From positions 5,939,078-6,003,077 of the forward strand of contig MU054001.1 of the NCBI GenBank assembly GCA_013239625.1: a stretch of 64,000 nucleotides of DNA. The letters run 5' to 3'. Source of the DNA: Lama guanicoe (taxonomy: Eukaryota). Shown here piece after piece: positions 50,419 to 64,000 of this stretch; position 1 is the first letter of the stretch; each line of letters begins with the position of its first letter. The notes below the pieces were generated by a model, which worked only from the letters and a program-made list of their open reading frames with translations, was not told the DNA's origin and searched no databases. The translations under genes were made by a program, and so were the position numbers.

Positions 50419-53400
50419 TACGAGAATCTAAGTCCCAGGGACTTTGTCTCTTGCAGTCACTGTTGTACCCCCATTGTTGGCAGAGTGCCTGACAGATGGT
50501 CGGCACTGAGTGGATATGGTGGGATGAATGGATGAAGGGGAAGCGGGGCCTGGGTTGGTGTAAAGACTGGATGTCCACTATCAAATCACAGGGAGCATTA
50601 CCGGAGGGGCACGAGGAAGGACAGGGCAGGCGAGGAGACCCCCATGGGAGCCTGTCTTGAGGGCTCCATGAGGAGAACAGCCCAGAGAGGCAGGCCATCT
50701 GCAGGAAGGCTGGGAGGAGGCCCATGGATGTGGACGGGAAGCGGGCACTCGACATGATGGGCTTCCCCAAAGCCCTTTCAGTGATGCAGCCTGCTGAAGG
50801 CTGGGTGGCCAGGTAGGAACAGTTCGTGTGTGCCACATATGGGGCTTGGGAGAGGCAAACAGATGGTCAGCCACCACATGTCACCTGCAGGTGGGGTGAG
50901 GACAGGTTCCTTTGATGAGGAGGAGGCTCAGGTTCTTAAAATGCCTGGGTCCCTTGGGAAGGTCTCCTTCTCTCCTGGTCTTGGCTTAGAAGTCAGCCCC
51001 TGCATGCCCAGCAAGCCTGCTCTGACATCCATCCTTCCATCAGCCGAGAAGCAGGCCACACCAAGTCCAAGATTACACATGGCTGAAAGGATCTTCTGTC
51101 CCCTGACTCTCATTTCTCTCCAAGATCAAGAGCTCTGGGCTTTGCTCGTGGGTTTAACATCTTCTGAGACTTTGAAATAAGCCCTGGGGAAATTGCCCTG
51201 TATGCACTATTTTCATTTCAAGCAGGAAGTATAAGGACTGTTTTTTTTTTCTTTCTTCTTCTTCTTCTTCTTTTTTTTCTTGAGCTTAATTCATAGACCC
51301 CCTCTGCCAGCTTTATATTATATTAATTGATGTCAAACTCACCAACTCAGTTTCCATTTGAATCCATTTAAACACGTGCAGGGTCCATGAAAGGCAGCAT
51401 CACGGGGTACAGTTCTGTTTCTCCGAGTGTCATTTCCCTCCTGGAAGAATTCTTCACATGCTGGTTTCCCTACGCAGTCTGAGGTGAGCTAAGGTCATGA
51501 AGGAAGCATCCAGCAGAGTCTCAGCGCTCAGCCAGCGTCCACAAACCCATCTCCTCCCTTCCTGGCCCCTCCAAAATGGGCCTGGGAGGAGCCTGGTGCT
51601 TCCCGGTAATCTCTGATTCCAGGAAGGGAGGGGGGGATTGTGGAGGGACTCGAGTATTTAGACTTTCTTAAGGGGAAGCAGTCTTTGCATCGATTCATCT
51701 CCTGGGCTAAGTATCCAAGGACTCCCTTGGGACGCTGTTTCAAATAAACTTTTTCATGTAGGTTTTCTTTAAGAAAAGTTGTTTAGGCTGTCATCCAAGG
51801 TAGAAGTTGAAGGTTTTATTAAGTCATTCCCCGGGAAGAGAGAAGACATTCTGCTGCTTAATGAAGAGCTCCTCCTCTAGGGTGCCATTCTGCTTTTCTC
51901 ACCTTGCCTGGCGGGAGCTGCTTGTCAGGGTGTGAGGACAAGTGAAGGACAGTGAGCCCCTGCGGGAGGCTTGGACTGCCCACCCCTCACTCTTTGACAG
52001 CTGATTCTTCTGAACAAACGTCAAGTCAGAGCCAGGCCCCAGTTTCCTGGGACACGCTATACGGGAGAACACGGGAGTTGGTTGAGACGCCCTCCCTCTC
52101 CTCACCAGTCTCCAGCTGGGCACCCACTCCCGACTCCCAAGGCTCCTTGACCCTGGTGCCTCCAGCCCCGACAGAATCAGTGCGAGTGAATACTTTGTGT
52201 GCCTTTGTCTGTATGGAAAACCCAAAAGGCTAACCTTAGCCCCTAAAAGATAAAAAATAGATCAATGAAGGTGAGGAGGTGGGGTGGGGTCTGGAGACAA
52301 ATTTGGAACAGTTTGGGGTCCTTCGGCAGTGCCGTTTGCTGCCACTAGGGGCTGCTGTGGTCAGGGAGCAGAACGAGAACAGAGCGCTGTTTACGAAGAG
52401 GGCCGAAGAGGAAAAAGACAAAGCCGTGATTATTTCAGCTCGTGAATATCCTCGCGATATCCGAGGATTTGGGTAGAGTGCGTCCCCCCTGCCCCTAATT
52501 TGCAAGTATGTGACTCCTTTCTGACAGAGCGGTCCCCTCCGGCTGATCCGTGGACCTGTGTTGAGAGGTGCAGGCTTCGGTGGCTGACACGACATGGGCT
52601 GGGCTCCGGCCTTGATCTCCAACACACTCCTGGGGGAGTAAGAGCTCCTCCCAGGGTGCAGAGCGGAGTTGGACTCTCAGTGTCAAACGGCGAGTAAAGA
52701 AAACGGAAGAGAGCAAACTAGACTGGAGAGGCAAGGTGCCTTTCCCCTGGATTCTGTAATTCTCCATCAGGCTGAGAGCCTGATAAGGAACTATCAGGGC
52801 TTTAGTTTAATTCAGCGCAGCATTTATTGAGCACCTACTACCTGCAAAATACCTTACTCTTATTTAACAGTATTTATATAATATGCTCTTTTTGGAGAAG
52901 CTGAGTTAGAAATTTGAAGGGAGAGGTAGGGGAAGATTTGGAGAAGCTTTTGAAAACAGAGCTCACAGGAACAAGGAAATAAGAAAATCCTGTAAATTGC
53001 GTCTATTTAATTTACCAGGAACTAGAAACTGGACAGGGGAAACAGTGAGTTAAAGGGTAGGGTGCGGTGCTTTCTTTATCTCCTGTGGCTAAAAAAAAAA
53101 AACAAAACCCATGAAAGCTGGAAAAGTGATTCCCTGCTGAAGAATGATTTCCTTCATGTGCTCAAAGGTCAAGGTGGCTTTGTTTTTATTGTTGTCATTC
53201 TCACAGGACATTTTTCTGCCAGTGTGAGCAATTGTCCATAAAGAACACCCATCGTTGCTTATCAGTTTAGCCCTTTTCAATCTGGGAAAAAAGAAACAAA
53301 AAACAAAAACAAAAGGCAAACTCATTCTTCCCCTATTAGAAATAGACCTGAAAGCAGCAGCCTTGAAAACGAGGTGTTCTCACCACAGCACTTTGGTCTG

Positions 53401-54418
53401 GGCTCTCCGCACATTCTGGCTTGGCACTTTAGGCTCCAGGAAAGGATCTGGAATTTTTGTGAGGGCAGAATCTGGGCAAGACTTCTGCATTTGCTATCTG
53501 CAGCCTCCTCTGGGAGCAGACAACACGGTGGGGAAATAACAACAGCTTGGAGCCATCATCACCGGATGCTTCTTGTGCAGCCAGGCAGCCTTGATCTGGG
53601 CATGATTTGGTAGCCGTCCTGGGCCTCTAGAGACAGTGGGAGATTTCTGGATGTAGTCAAATTTGGGAGCTGTGTGTGGAGGGACAGGAGAGCAGTCTTG
53701 GAGATGTTGACTCATTGGTGATGCCCATGCATAATTGGGAAACTTCTTTTATCTGTCCCTCCATTGCCCCCTAATAATGGTGCCATGAGCATTCAGGAAA
53801 AGATATGGAGTGCGCCTGATCCCTCCTGCACAACAGTGTGATTCTCCCCTCCTTTTCTGCCTTCCCTATTGACTTCCCACCCCTCCCCAAGCAGAAGCTG
53901 TCAACTCAGTGATCTCTGCTGAGGAAGGAATGGTCAGTGGTTCTGGAATGGCCAGTGTGGTCAGCTCAGGGGACAATTTTCTTGGGTTCTCCAAGCTCAA
54001 GTGGAGAAGCAGCATCAGGGTGAAAATCTGGATAAAAAGTTGATAACTCAGAGAAACAGTCTCAGTGGAGACACTGTGGGAGTATGAGAGACCTCATTTT
54101 GCTGAGAGCAACAGCAAGGGGCTTTAACTGTTCTATGGGTTCTGTATGAGTTGTGTCCTTTCTGTTTCTAAAGCATTTGACCGGCTTTAAATGTATCAAA
54201 CCAAGCAGATTTGTTGTGAAGTGCGGCATACATATGCTGAGTATTTTAGTAGAATCATAGCCACCAGGAATGCTTTTCTTCTGGTGTGAAAATACAAAGA
54301 CAAATACCTCTTCCTTCCTTTCATCACAGTCCCCAGCACAGAGATCTCTGGATTCACATAAATATAAAGATGAATTTGTGCATCTGGCAATCGCACCATA
54401 CCAATTTCTCAACTTGGT

Positions 54419-54422
<4 letters not shown>

Positions 54423-54458
<36 letters not shown>
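54423..54458. repeat. Pure (TG)n microsatellite
   Basis: Visible directly in the sequence. Confidence 0.95.
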
Positions 54459-54459
<1 letters not shown>

Positions 54460-54555
54460 CAGGCTCAGCACTCAGGGACTCTTAGAGATGAAGTTACCAA
54501 AAATGATGATTACCACTAACCTCTCTAGGAGTTTCATCTGTATCCTTCCTGCCCA

Positions 54556-54698
54556 AACGGTGGTCCATGAACAGCAGCATCACACGGAAGCTTGCTGACA
54601 ACGCAGGATCTTAGCTCCACCCCACATCCAACCAATCAGAATCTGCATTTTAATAAGACTGCCAGGTGAGTCAGGAGCACACTGAAGTTTGAGAAGCT
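54556..54698. mobile_element. MER5A-like fossil
   Basis: GTGGTCCATGAACAGCAGCATCAC...AATCAGAATCTGCATTTTAATAAGA...CACTGAAGTTTGAGAAGC. Confidence 0.7.
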
Positions 54699-54904
54699 AT
54701 TCTTCAGCTCTGTCAGATGCCACCCACTTCCCCCAAAGGCAGACAGCTCTTCGAAACTTTTCAATTCACTAGCTATCATTGAGCTTTCTGAAGCAACATG
54801 TAGTAAGTCAGCCCCTTCAAAAGCTATTTACTGAATCCCCCTTAAAATTTGGCGCTTATACAAGATCATATATTTCTTTTTTTCTTTTCCTCTTATTTTT
54901 AAAC

Positions 54905-55485
54905 CAGATGATCTAGCAATACCAATTCTGGGTCTTTACCCAAAGGAATTGAAGATAGGATCTTGAAGAGATACTAACCCTCTAATGTTCATTGCAGCAC
55001 TATTCACAACAGCCAAGACGTGGAAACAACCTAAATATCCATTAGCAGATGAACGGATGAAGAAAACATCATATATACATACATAGAACACATAGAATAT
55101 TATTCAGCCTTAAAAAAGGAGGGAAGTTCTACAACATGCAAAGACATGGATGAACCTTGAGCACATTATGCTGCGTGAAATAAGCCAGTCTCAGCAGGAC
55201 AAATGCTACATGACTCAACTTACATAAAGTATCTAAAACAGTCAAATTCATAGAATCAAAGAGTAGAATGGTGTTTTCCAGGGGCTGGGGTGGGGGGAAG
55301 GGAAATGGGGAGTTACTGATCAACAGGCATCAAGTTTCAGTTATGCAAGATGTGTAAGTTCTAGAGATCTGCTGTACAACATAGTGCCTGTCGCTAACAG
55401 TACTGCGTTGTACATTTACAAGTTTGTTAAGAGAATAGATACCATGTTCAATGTTCTTACCACAATACAACTAAATTTTAAAAAT
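54905..55485 (+). mobile_element. Old L1M 3' fragment (end of ORF2 and 3' UTR)
   Basis: ATGTTCATTGCAGCACTATTCACAACAGCCAAGACGTGGAAACAACCTAAAT...CATGGATGAACCTTGAGCACATTATGC...AAGTTCTAGAGATCTGCTGTACAAC. Confidence 0.88.
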
Positions 55486-56620
55486 CACATATTTCTAATG
55501 TAGCCTGAAAAAATTGTAATTTAGGGGGACGTCTAGTTCTGTGGTCTGCACAGAACTGCCTGGAAGTCTTTGGTTTGAGTTTGGCCCCTGCCACTAACTA
55601 GCTGTGTGACTCGGTGGGTGGGGAGAGGGGCAAATTCTTTTACTTCTTTGGGCATCTTCATCTAAAATGAGGCCTTTGGAGTACATCGCTAAGGTCCCTG
55701 CATGTTCTGCATTTTATTTCAGATGCTATGGAAGGAAGGAAAAGGATGCCCCACCACACAGCACCACTGGTGTCCTCCCACTTCCTTTCCACCAGGCCCC
55801 TGGGTGTCAGGCTCATTCGAGGGCTCTGGTGTGGGCACTGTAGTGCAAAAGAGACTAGAGAGCAAAGAGCCTCTGCCTTCACATGTCTTCCACTCTAGGA
55901 AGGAAAGACTGGAAACGGAGGGGTCCTGACATGAGGTCTAGCAGGTCTCTGTTCCACCTTCTGCAGCTCAGATGGGGGAGTCAGGAGAGAGGGATTTGCT
56001 GCTTCAGTCTATCAGTCGTTTCGCTTCTAGGTTTTGCAAGCAGCTTCTTAAGAATGAGGGGATGAATAAAATAAAAGAAAAGCTTTTGTTTGGAGCCAAG
56101 CCCATTCCTTCATTTAACACCAACCCCCCAAACGAGCAACTATGTTGCTTTTCCTGGGCCCCAGGAGGAGGAAACAGAAGAGGAGCCGAGGACCTGCAGC
56201 ACCAGGGAAGCCGCGTCTTCCACCCTGTGGACAGCAGGAAAGAGCCCGAGGGACGTGGGCTCTGAGCTATGATTTACAGACGCTCTGGCACCTGTTCACT
56301 CCCTGAACACCCTGGAAACCAAGTTCTGCTCTAAATGGAAAATGTATGTTTAAGGGCAACTGGGGAAGTGGACGCTGCCCCGGTTCAGGGTCAGGGTGAG
56401 GGCTCCAGGCGTGACTCACAGACATTTCCTGAGCAGGCTCTTTCAAGCATCTCTGCCACAACCAGCAGCCAGAATCAGGATATCTTTTCCGTAGGATGCC
56501 TGCCGTTCTGCTGGCGCAGGAAGCCAGCTGCAGGAGGAAATGACACTTTGTGCAAGCTCTGTGATGGAGAGGCACCCCTGGAATATTTTTGTGGAAAGCC
56601 TGTGTCCTTTCTTTCAGGCA

Positions 56621-59506
56621 ACCCCAGCTTAATGCAGCCTTTAGTCCCAGGGTCCCCCTTGGAACAAAAACTCCTCTGTTTGGCCAGGAATCCAACCATC
56701 CTGGAGGTTCCAGGAGCTTCTCACTGTGACTCAACGATGCTGCTGACCGTCCGCCAAGCTCAGGATCTCCTCACTTGTAGCTGCCTGGCCCAAGGAGGGT
56801 CTAGTCCTCTATGCTCCCTTCCCAGTGTCTTGGCTGTCCACCTAGGTCCTCAGTGACCAAGGAGGAGGCTGGAGCTTTGGAAAGATTTTAAGCCCTGCCA
56901 ACCCTTTGCATCAGCCAGGGTTCTGGGCTGCCTGCAATAGCAAGCAACTTTGGTCTCTTTGTACAGAAGGAGATTTATTGGAAAGATACAAGATGGCAGG
57001 AGCCATTCTGTCTGAAGCATGGATGCCATCGCCTCCACCATGGCCACAATGAATGACCTCCAACCATTTGTACTTTTTTCAACACTTCTCAAGATTCAAG
57101 GTCTAGGGAGAGAGCGTGCCCTCACTATTCCAGGGTGGGATTGGCTCCCTTAGTTTTTGCGATGAAAAGTGATCACCTGGAATTATTTTTCACTAGGACT
57201 GTCTCCAGTTAGGAGGGGCAGAAGGTGGTTGCCCTTTATGAAAGTGGTGGACCTTAAGGAAAAGGGATGGATGGCAGGTAGCCAAAACTGATGGATGTCC
57301 TCCCAGCCTCCATCTTGCAAAAGACTGTCCAAAAAATTATGATGAGAGGGGTCTAACGCTGCCAGTTTATTCCTCTTTGTCTTTTTTGTCTTGTTGACTT
57401 TATATACCAGATAGAGGAACTCCCCAACCTGGATTAGCACGGAGGGACCACTCCCAGCTCTGCCATCTCCCAGCTCAGTGTCCTTGCTGTCAAGTGGGGC
57501 TACTCCTGTCAACCTTGCAGGGTTGCTGTGAGCACTGGGTGAGGAAATGAGTGTGAACATCCTTGAAGATCAGAGCTCACCCGGTAATTGAGATACTCAG
57601 CTTGCTCTGAATGGGCCAGCTGTGCCTGATCAGCAGCTTTTCATCCCCTCCTGTCCTCCCTCCCCTTTCACTTGCTTTTGCTCTGGTGTAGTTAGTTTCA
57701 CTCCGCGTTATTCCTCTGAGGGAGGGTTGGGCTTTCAGGTGGCAGAATTTCCTCCTTTGTTCCCTGGCAGGCTCACATCTGGTCCTCTGTGTTTCCCTGG
57801 GGGCTTCTGCCTTCTTCATTTGGATTCCATGTGCAGCTGTGGGGGAAAACAGGATGAGGGTGGGGGGTCACCCTCTGATGGTGGTCTTCCCTTGGCACCT
57901 ACAGAGGACCAGGGTATCTCCCCTCATCCAGCTTGAGCAGAATCAATTCAACCCACTGTCACTCCAGGAAATTTTCCTCTTCTTCCTCCACTTCCTCCTC
58001 CTTTTCCTCCTCCTTCTTCTAAGCGTGACTGTGTTGGAACAACTGAGACCCAAGGGATGGAGTACCCCAGCTTAATGCAGCCTTTAGTCCCAGGGTCCCC
58101 CTTGGAACAAAAACTCCTCTGTTTGGCCAGGAATCCAACCATCCTGGAGGTTCCAGGAGCTTCTCACTGTGACTCAACGATGCTGCTGACCGTCCGCCAA
58201 GCTCAGGATCTCCTCACTTGTAGCTGCCTGGCCCAAGGAGGGTCTAGTCCTCTATGCTCCCTTCCCAGTGTCTTGGCTGTCCACCTAGGTCCTCAGTGAC
58301 CAAGGAGGAGGCTGGAGCTTTGGAAAGATTTTAAGCCCTGCCAACCCTTTGCATCAGCCAGGGTTCTGGGCTGCCTGCAATAGCAAGCAACTTTGGTCTC
58401 TTTGTACAGAAGGAGATTTATTGGAAAGATACAAGATGGCAGGAGCCATTCTGTCTGAAGCATGGATGCCATCGCCTCCACCATGGCCACAATGAATGAC
58501 CTCCAACCATTTGTACTTTTTTCAACACTTCTCAAGATTCAAGGTCTAGGGAGAGAGCGTGCCCTCACTATTCCAGGGTGGGATTGGCTCCCTTAGTTTT
58601 TGCGATGAAAAGTGATCACCTGGAATTATTTTTCACTAGGACTGTCTCCAGTTAGGAGGGGCAGAAGGTGGTTGCCCTTTATGAAAGTGGTGGACCTTAA
58701 GGAAAAGGGATGGATGGCAGGTAGCCAAAACTGATGGATGTCCTCCCAGCCTCCATCTTGCAAAAGACTGTCCAAAAAATTATGATGAGAGGGGTCTAAC
58801 GCTGCCAGTTTATTCCTCTTTGTCTTTTTTGTCTTGTTGACTTTATATACCAGATAGAGGAACTCCCCAACCTGGATTAGCACGGAGGGACCACTCCCAG
58901 CTCTGCCATCTCCCAGCTCAGTGTCCTTGCTGTCAAGTGGGGCTACTCCTGTCAACCTTGCAGGGTTGCTGTGAGCACTGGGTGAGGAAATGAGTGTGAA
59001 CATCCTTGAAGATCAGAGCTCACCCGGTAATTGAGATACTCAGCTTGCTCTGAATGGGCCAGCTGTGCCTGATCAGCAGCTTTTCATCCCCTCCTGTCCT
59101 CCCTCCCCTTTCACTTGCTTTTGCTCTGGTGTAGTTAGTTTCACTCCGCGTTATTCCTCTGAGGGAGGGTTGGGCTTTCAGGTGGCAGAATTTCCTCCTT
59201 TGTTCCCTGGCAGGCTCACATCTGGTCCTCTGTGTTTCCCTGGGGGCTTCTGCCTTCTTCATTTGGATTCCATGTGCAGCTGTGGGGGAAAACAGGATGA
59301 GGGTGGGGGGTCACCCTCTGATGGTGGTCTTCCCTTGGCACCTACAGAGGACCAGGGTATCTCCCCTCATCCAGCTTGAGCAGAATCAATTCAACCCACT
59401 GTCACTCCAGGAAATTTTCCTCTTCTTCCTCCACTTCCTCCTCCTTTTCCTCCTCCTTCTTCTAAGCGTGACTGTGTTGGAACAACTGAGACCCAAGGGA
59501 TGGAGT
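56621..59506. repeat. Direct tandem duplication, 2 x 1,443 bp (56621-58063 and 58064-59506)
   Basis: Both units start ACCCCAGCTTAATGCAGCC and end CAAGGGATGGAGT; the ORF track repeats identically at a +1443 offset (56850/58293, 57183/58626, 57577/59020, 57622/59065). Confidence 0.97.
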
Positions 59507-61091
59507 GCAATGTTGTCTGCATCTCTGTCCAAGGCTTTGGATGTGACACACTTTTTTAGTCTCTTCATCCTACTCTGACAAGATGTCCAAGATGTCATTC
59601 AGCTGTAATAGTAGCAGACTGAGATTTTCATTGGAAAGGACCATGTGAAAATCACACCCTAAGTCCTCGAAAAGAACACCCAACAACAAAATATTTTTAA
59701 AAATTGATATAGATAGCTACAAATGACTTCAGCATTTTCAAGTTTTAATTGTTGCTATGATTTTAATCTAAGAAGGTTCTTTTAGGAATAATAGCTCTAG
59801 TGGTATAGTAATTTTTACTTGAAATTCATAAATTCTTTAATTCATTTTTTCCTACTAAATTCAAGTAAAATTAAAATTAAAAAAATAGCATGTGTTCATT
59901 TACTTCACAGAAATGCAGTGCAATTGATTAATCTGTATATATGCAGAAGAGAAGGAGGCATTTGGAATGACATTCTTGTAATTTTAAACATATTCACATT
60001 ACTTTGATGATATCTTTGTCTGGGGGTTAGATTTGGGATAATTCTTTTACTTTCTTCTCTGTAGATTTGTCATTGCTTACATTGTTCACAATAAACACAA
60101 ACTGTTAAAAATAAAACAGGCCAATATAATCATTGCTCTCAAAAACAGTGTCTTGAGGAAAAGGACTCTGGGTTAATTGGAGAGTCCACTTAGAGATGAA
60201 TAATTTAAGGTGGACTCTTTGGATAACATACATGATTATTCATGTGTACTTTGACTATCTGAGTATGTCTATAAATCCTACTGGTTTATAACTCAGATAC
60301 ATATATTTTAAGCTTAAGGCCTTCCAATTTGGAAATTTCTCTGTATGTTAACATATGGCTATGTTGTCATTGAAGTATGACACCGTGATTTCTTTATTCA
60401 TGTTGGGGCGCAGAGCTGGTGATAAGGTTGGGGCAGAGGGTGAGCTCTCGTGTTAAAGGCAAATGAATTTATTATGCTCAGTCCTACCAGAGCGAAGCAA
60501 AAAGTTAATATACAGTAAAGCAGTGATGTGTAGGAGAAGCTGAAAGTCTCCAATCTGTGACAGCAAGCTTAACCCTGGGACTTAAGGCTCTGTTTCTATG
60601 CGTCCACCACCTCCAGTTTGGGCTTGATATTGTGACAGCCCCATACTTTCAGAGTCTCTCTTCTTCAGGTTATTTGGGGGCAGGGCGTGGTGGCAGTTTT
60701 TTTCACTCTCAATCGGGGAGTGTGAGCCAAGAGCAAGTGGGTTGTTGGGAGAGGCAAGCCTGGAAAAACAGCAGGGTAATAGGCTGCTCTTCCTAATCCC
60801 AGCCCCTGCGACCAAAATGCCCTGAGCAACATGGAGAAAGTAGTGCCCTCTATAAAAGTGGGTGGTTTTAAAATTTAATTGATTTGGGCAAATTACATTT
60901 CTCCAAATTTATTACTGCATTCTGACCCAAACCCAGACATTGCTGCCACCCAAAGCACCAATGTTTAACCAGAGCTTTCTAAATTTATGCCAAAAAACAA
61001 AGAATAAATGGCTCAAGTCCATTTCTACTGAAACTATGGGAAATCTTTGAAATTGCTTGCCATAAAGAAATCAAGGAATGCGTGTCTTTTT

Positions 61092-61758
61092 TCTTTATTT
61101 TTTTAAGTTGAAGTATAGTTGATTTACAATGTTGTGTTAGTTTCTAGTGTACAGCATGGTCTTTGTCATTATATGTTATTACAAGGTATTGAATATAGTT
61201 TCTTGTGCTATACAGTAGGACCTTGTTGTTAATCTATTTTATGCATAGTAATTAGTATCTGCGAATCCCAAACTCCCAATTTGTCCCTCCACACCCTTTC
61301 CCTCCCTGGTAAGTTTGTTTTCTGTATTTGTGAGTCTGTTTCTGTTGTATAAATAAGTTCATTTGTGTCATTTTTTAAAGATTCCACATATGAGTTATAT
61401 TATATGGTATTTTTCTTTCTCTTTCTGGCTTACTTCACTTAGTATGACAATCTTCAGGTTCATCCATGTAGCTACAGATGACATTATTTCATTCTTTTTT
61501 ATGGCTGAGTAGTATTCCATTGTATATATACACCACATCTTCTTATCCAGTCATCTGCAGATGGACATTTAGGCTGCTTGCATGACTTGACTATTGTAAA
61601 TAGTGCTGCTATGAACACTGGGGTGCAAGTATCTTTTTGAACTAGGGTTTCCTCCAGATATATGCCCAGGAGTGGGATTCCTGGATCATAGAGTAAGTCT
61701 ATTTTAAGTTTTTTATGGAATCTCCATACTGTTTTCCATAATGGCTGCACAAAACTAC
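61092..61758 (-). mobile_element. 5'-truncated L1, antisense, with degenerate TSD
   Basis: ORF 61499-61768(-) encodes VQPLWKTVWRF..YDPGIPLLGIY..CTPVFIAALFTI (L1 ORF2 C-terminus); T-rich tail at ~61087; flanks AGGAATGCGTGTCTTTTT (61074) and AGGAATGCATTTATTTTT (61759). Confidence 0.9.
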
Positions 61759-64000
61759 AGGAATGCATTTATTTTTATTTATACATATGTGTACATTTAT
61801 GAGAATATTATGTATACATATATGTATATATTTCTCTTATTCATGTGAGAAATATGTGGTATTACTTTGTGTGTACTTTTTAATATAAATTTTATCATAC
61901 TATATAGTTGTAGAAATGCATCTAAAGAGGTCTGCAAATCTCATGTCTTAACAATGTGTCCCTCAGGGAGAAGGGAGGGGACCAAGGTTGAGCGTGGGGA
62001 GCAAAGGGACATCTGTGATGTTCTCTCCTGTCTTCCTCTCCCTCCTTTCTTTCCCTTTGTTTTTCCTTTTAAGAAATAGGGTCATACTTTACTTCCACAA
62101 AGAAAAATTACTTTTAAAGATTTGGGAATAATACTCTCCAGAAAGACCAGTTATACACTTAATGATTACTTAGTCAGATTGCTTCTTTGGTTGTTTGAAA
62201 AACTGATATATGCAAAGTACCTATGCTTTTTGATGCAGCTGATTCCATAAGGTCACTAGGAGGAATTAAAATGTAAAAAGATGGTTTGTTGATCTGGTGC
62301 TTTTATCTGAATAAATATTATTTGCAGCTAGGAAGAACAATGAGCCTGATCATGAGTGGCACACAGTATTCACTCAACAAAATGCTCTTTAAGTGGCGGG
62401 CTGGCTAGATGAGTAGAAGGATGAGTGGATGGATGGCTGACTAATTCGGTGTGAGAGATAATTGCTTGTTAGATTAAGGATAGCCTTGAGCAAAAGTTAT
62501 AAATTATGAATTAAAAAATGAAGTTAAAACACATTCTCATTTACTTTTGGTCAAGAGCTGAATTTGATAAAGGCAGTATTTCTTGACTTAAAAAAATCAG
62601 CAAAATGAGAGGCTGGACAAGACAATCTAGGTCTAATAGCAGCTGAGGCTGAGACTTACTGGTATGCAACTAGGGAGAAATAAACTGTTTCTTCTCTCTC
62701 AGTGAAATGAGAGGAAAATGTACAAAGGAACACCAAAATCATTTAGGAACGTAGCGGAGTGATTACACAAGTTGCAGGGAGGACAGTAGTGCCCAGAGGT
62801 GCTGCAAAGCCATCAGGAAAACCAAATTCACTGCACAAATATGGGTTTTATTCCAAAAGGGACAACAGAAGGAGACAGTCACTGGCAGCTGAGTTTGCTG
62901 TCTACTCCATATATGATAATGGAACCAGTAATCCCAAAGGAAGCAAGAGTTGCATCTTCTCATGGACACTCAGTGAGAGGGGACTAGGAAGAGCCATTTT
63001 TGCCTGGCCAGTGTGATGTGATGCCTTTTCCTTAATGATCCCCTCCTACTCCCTCACGTTCCACTCTCTAGCTCAGGGCTACTGCCCTCTCCTCCCCATA
63101 TTTTTAGGGGAAAATGAAAACTGAGTATAAGGTATAAAACTTTCATACTATGTTTCCACTATTAGCCATTTCTGCCCCAGCCCATCAGGGAAAACAAAAT
63201 CTTTTCTCTCAACTCTAGAAGGCTTTCAGCAGGCATCTTGCCAGAAAGTATCTCTTGGTTTATGCAGCAAAGAATCTCCAGTACCATAGTTTGAAAAGCG
63301 TGGTGCTGTACGATTCCCTAAGCTCTGTAGATTTCTAGGAGCTGCTAAGCATCATCAAAAAGGGAATGCTAAGCCAGAGCATGCCTTGGAAATTAGTGGA
63401 AACAAGAGGGAAGTGGGTTTGCCTATTTCACACAACCATCTAAAGAGGGCACACTGAGGCTCTGAGTGAAGGAAAGAAAGGAGAGAGAAATGAAGTCCCC
63501 CTCCCTCCCGCCTCCCACCCCACACACAGGCTGGCAGTGATTGACTTTGGAAGTGCCATATACACATCTCTGCTTAAAGCACATGCTGTCAAACTTGTTT
63601 TTCTGTGCCTTGAAAAATTCCGTCAAATGCCATAAGCCATTCTGTCAAGAAAACTCTTGTTTTAAACTGCCAGATCCTTTGCCTTGCCTCTTTCTTCTTC
63701 AAAGCGTTAACCTTCTGCGTGGGCTGTTGGCCAAAGATGTTGGAGGAAATGGATGCTCTAGTCGGTTAGCGCTGTGATTGAGTGTGCTATTTGGTGATAC
63801 ACTAAGTCACCTGTCTCAAATTCCAGTGCCTGCAGGGGGCCAGGCAGGCCACATAAATGAGCAAAGCAGGCTTGATGGCAGCTTTGGTGAAGTGCACTGT
63901 CCTCATCCCACCTGAGAGCCTGGTCCTAGTGCCAGATGACTGTTGACCTGCAAGTCTGCTGTTGCCAGACCGGCTGATCAGTTCCATCCAATTCAGGAAC

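Noticed and set aside
58057..58299. New 80-aa ORF created by the duplication junction (MEYPSL...)
   Set aside because: No domain similarity and no promoter or splice support; a by-product of the junction
30300..64000. A second protein-coding gene or novel multi-gene system downstream of ABCC12
   Set aside because: The only ORFs with recognisable protein similarity are L1 ORF2 remnants, and I found no consistent exon chain; non-coding transcripts cannot be excluded from sequence alone

Overview
Mammalian genomic DNA. It is probably a camelid or another artiodactyl, judged from a tRNA-Ala-derived vic-1-like SINE and an artiodactyl-type Tigger1 derivative, both recognised from memory. Bases ~1,574-29,412 (+) carry the 3' 17 coding exons of ABCC12 (MRP9), from the NBD1 signature motif through TMD2 and NBD2 to the stop codon. 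Spliced by hand, the exons give one uninterrupted frame of ~771 aa, with all intron phases matching. One acceptor has lost its expected AG, but nearby in-frame AGs can rescue it. The remaining ~34 kb is 3' UTR and repeat-rich intergenic sequence (L1, L2, MIR, MLT1, MER, Tigger, microsatellites). It includes an apparently exact 1,443-bp head-to-tail tandem duplication (56,621-59,506). I found no evidence of a new multi-gene system. The best leads are the splice oddities in ABCC12, the duplication and a nested L1 insertion site. Almost all other ORFs in the supplied track are chance ORFs. Repeat subfamily names and human/mouse comparisons are from recall, not from a database search.
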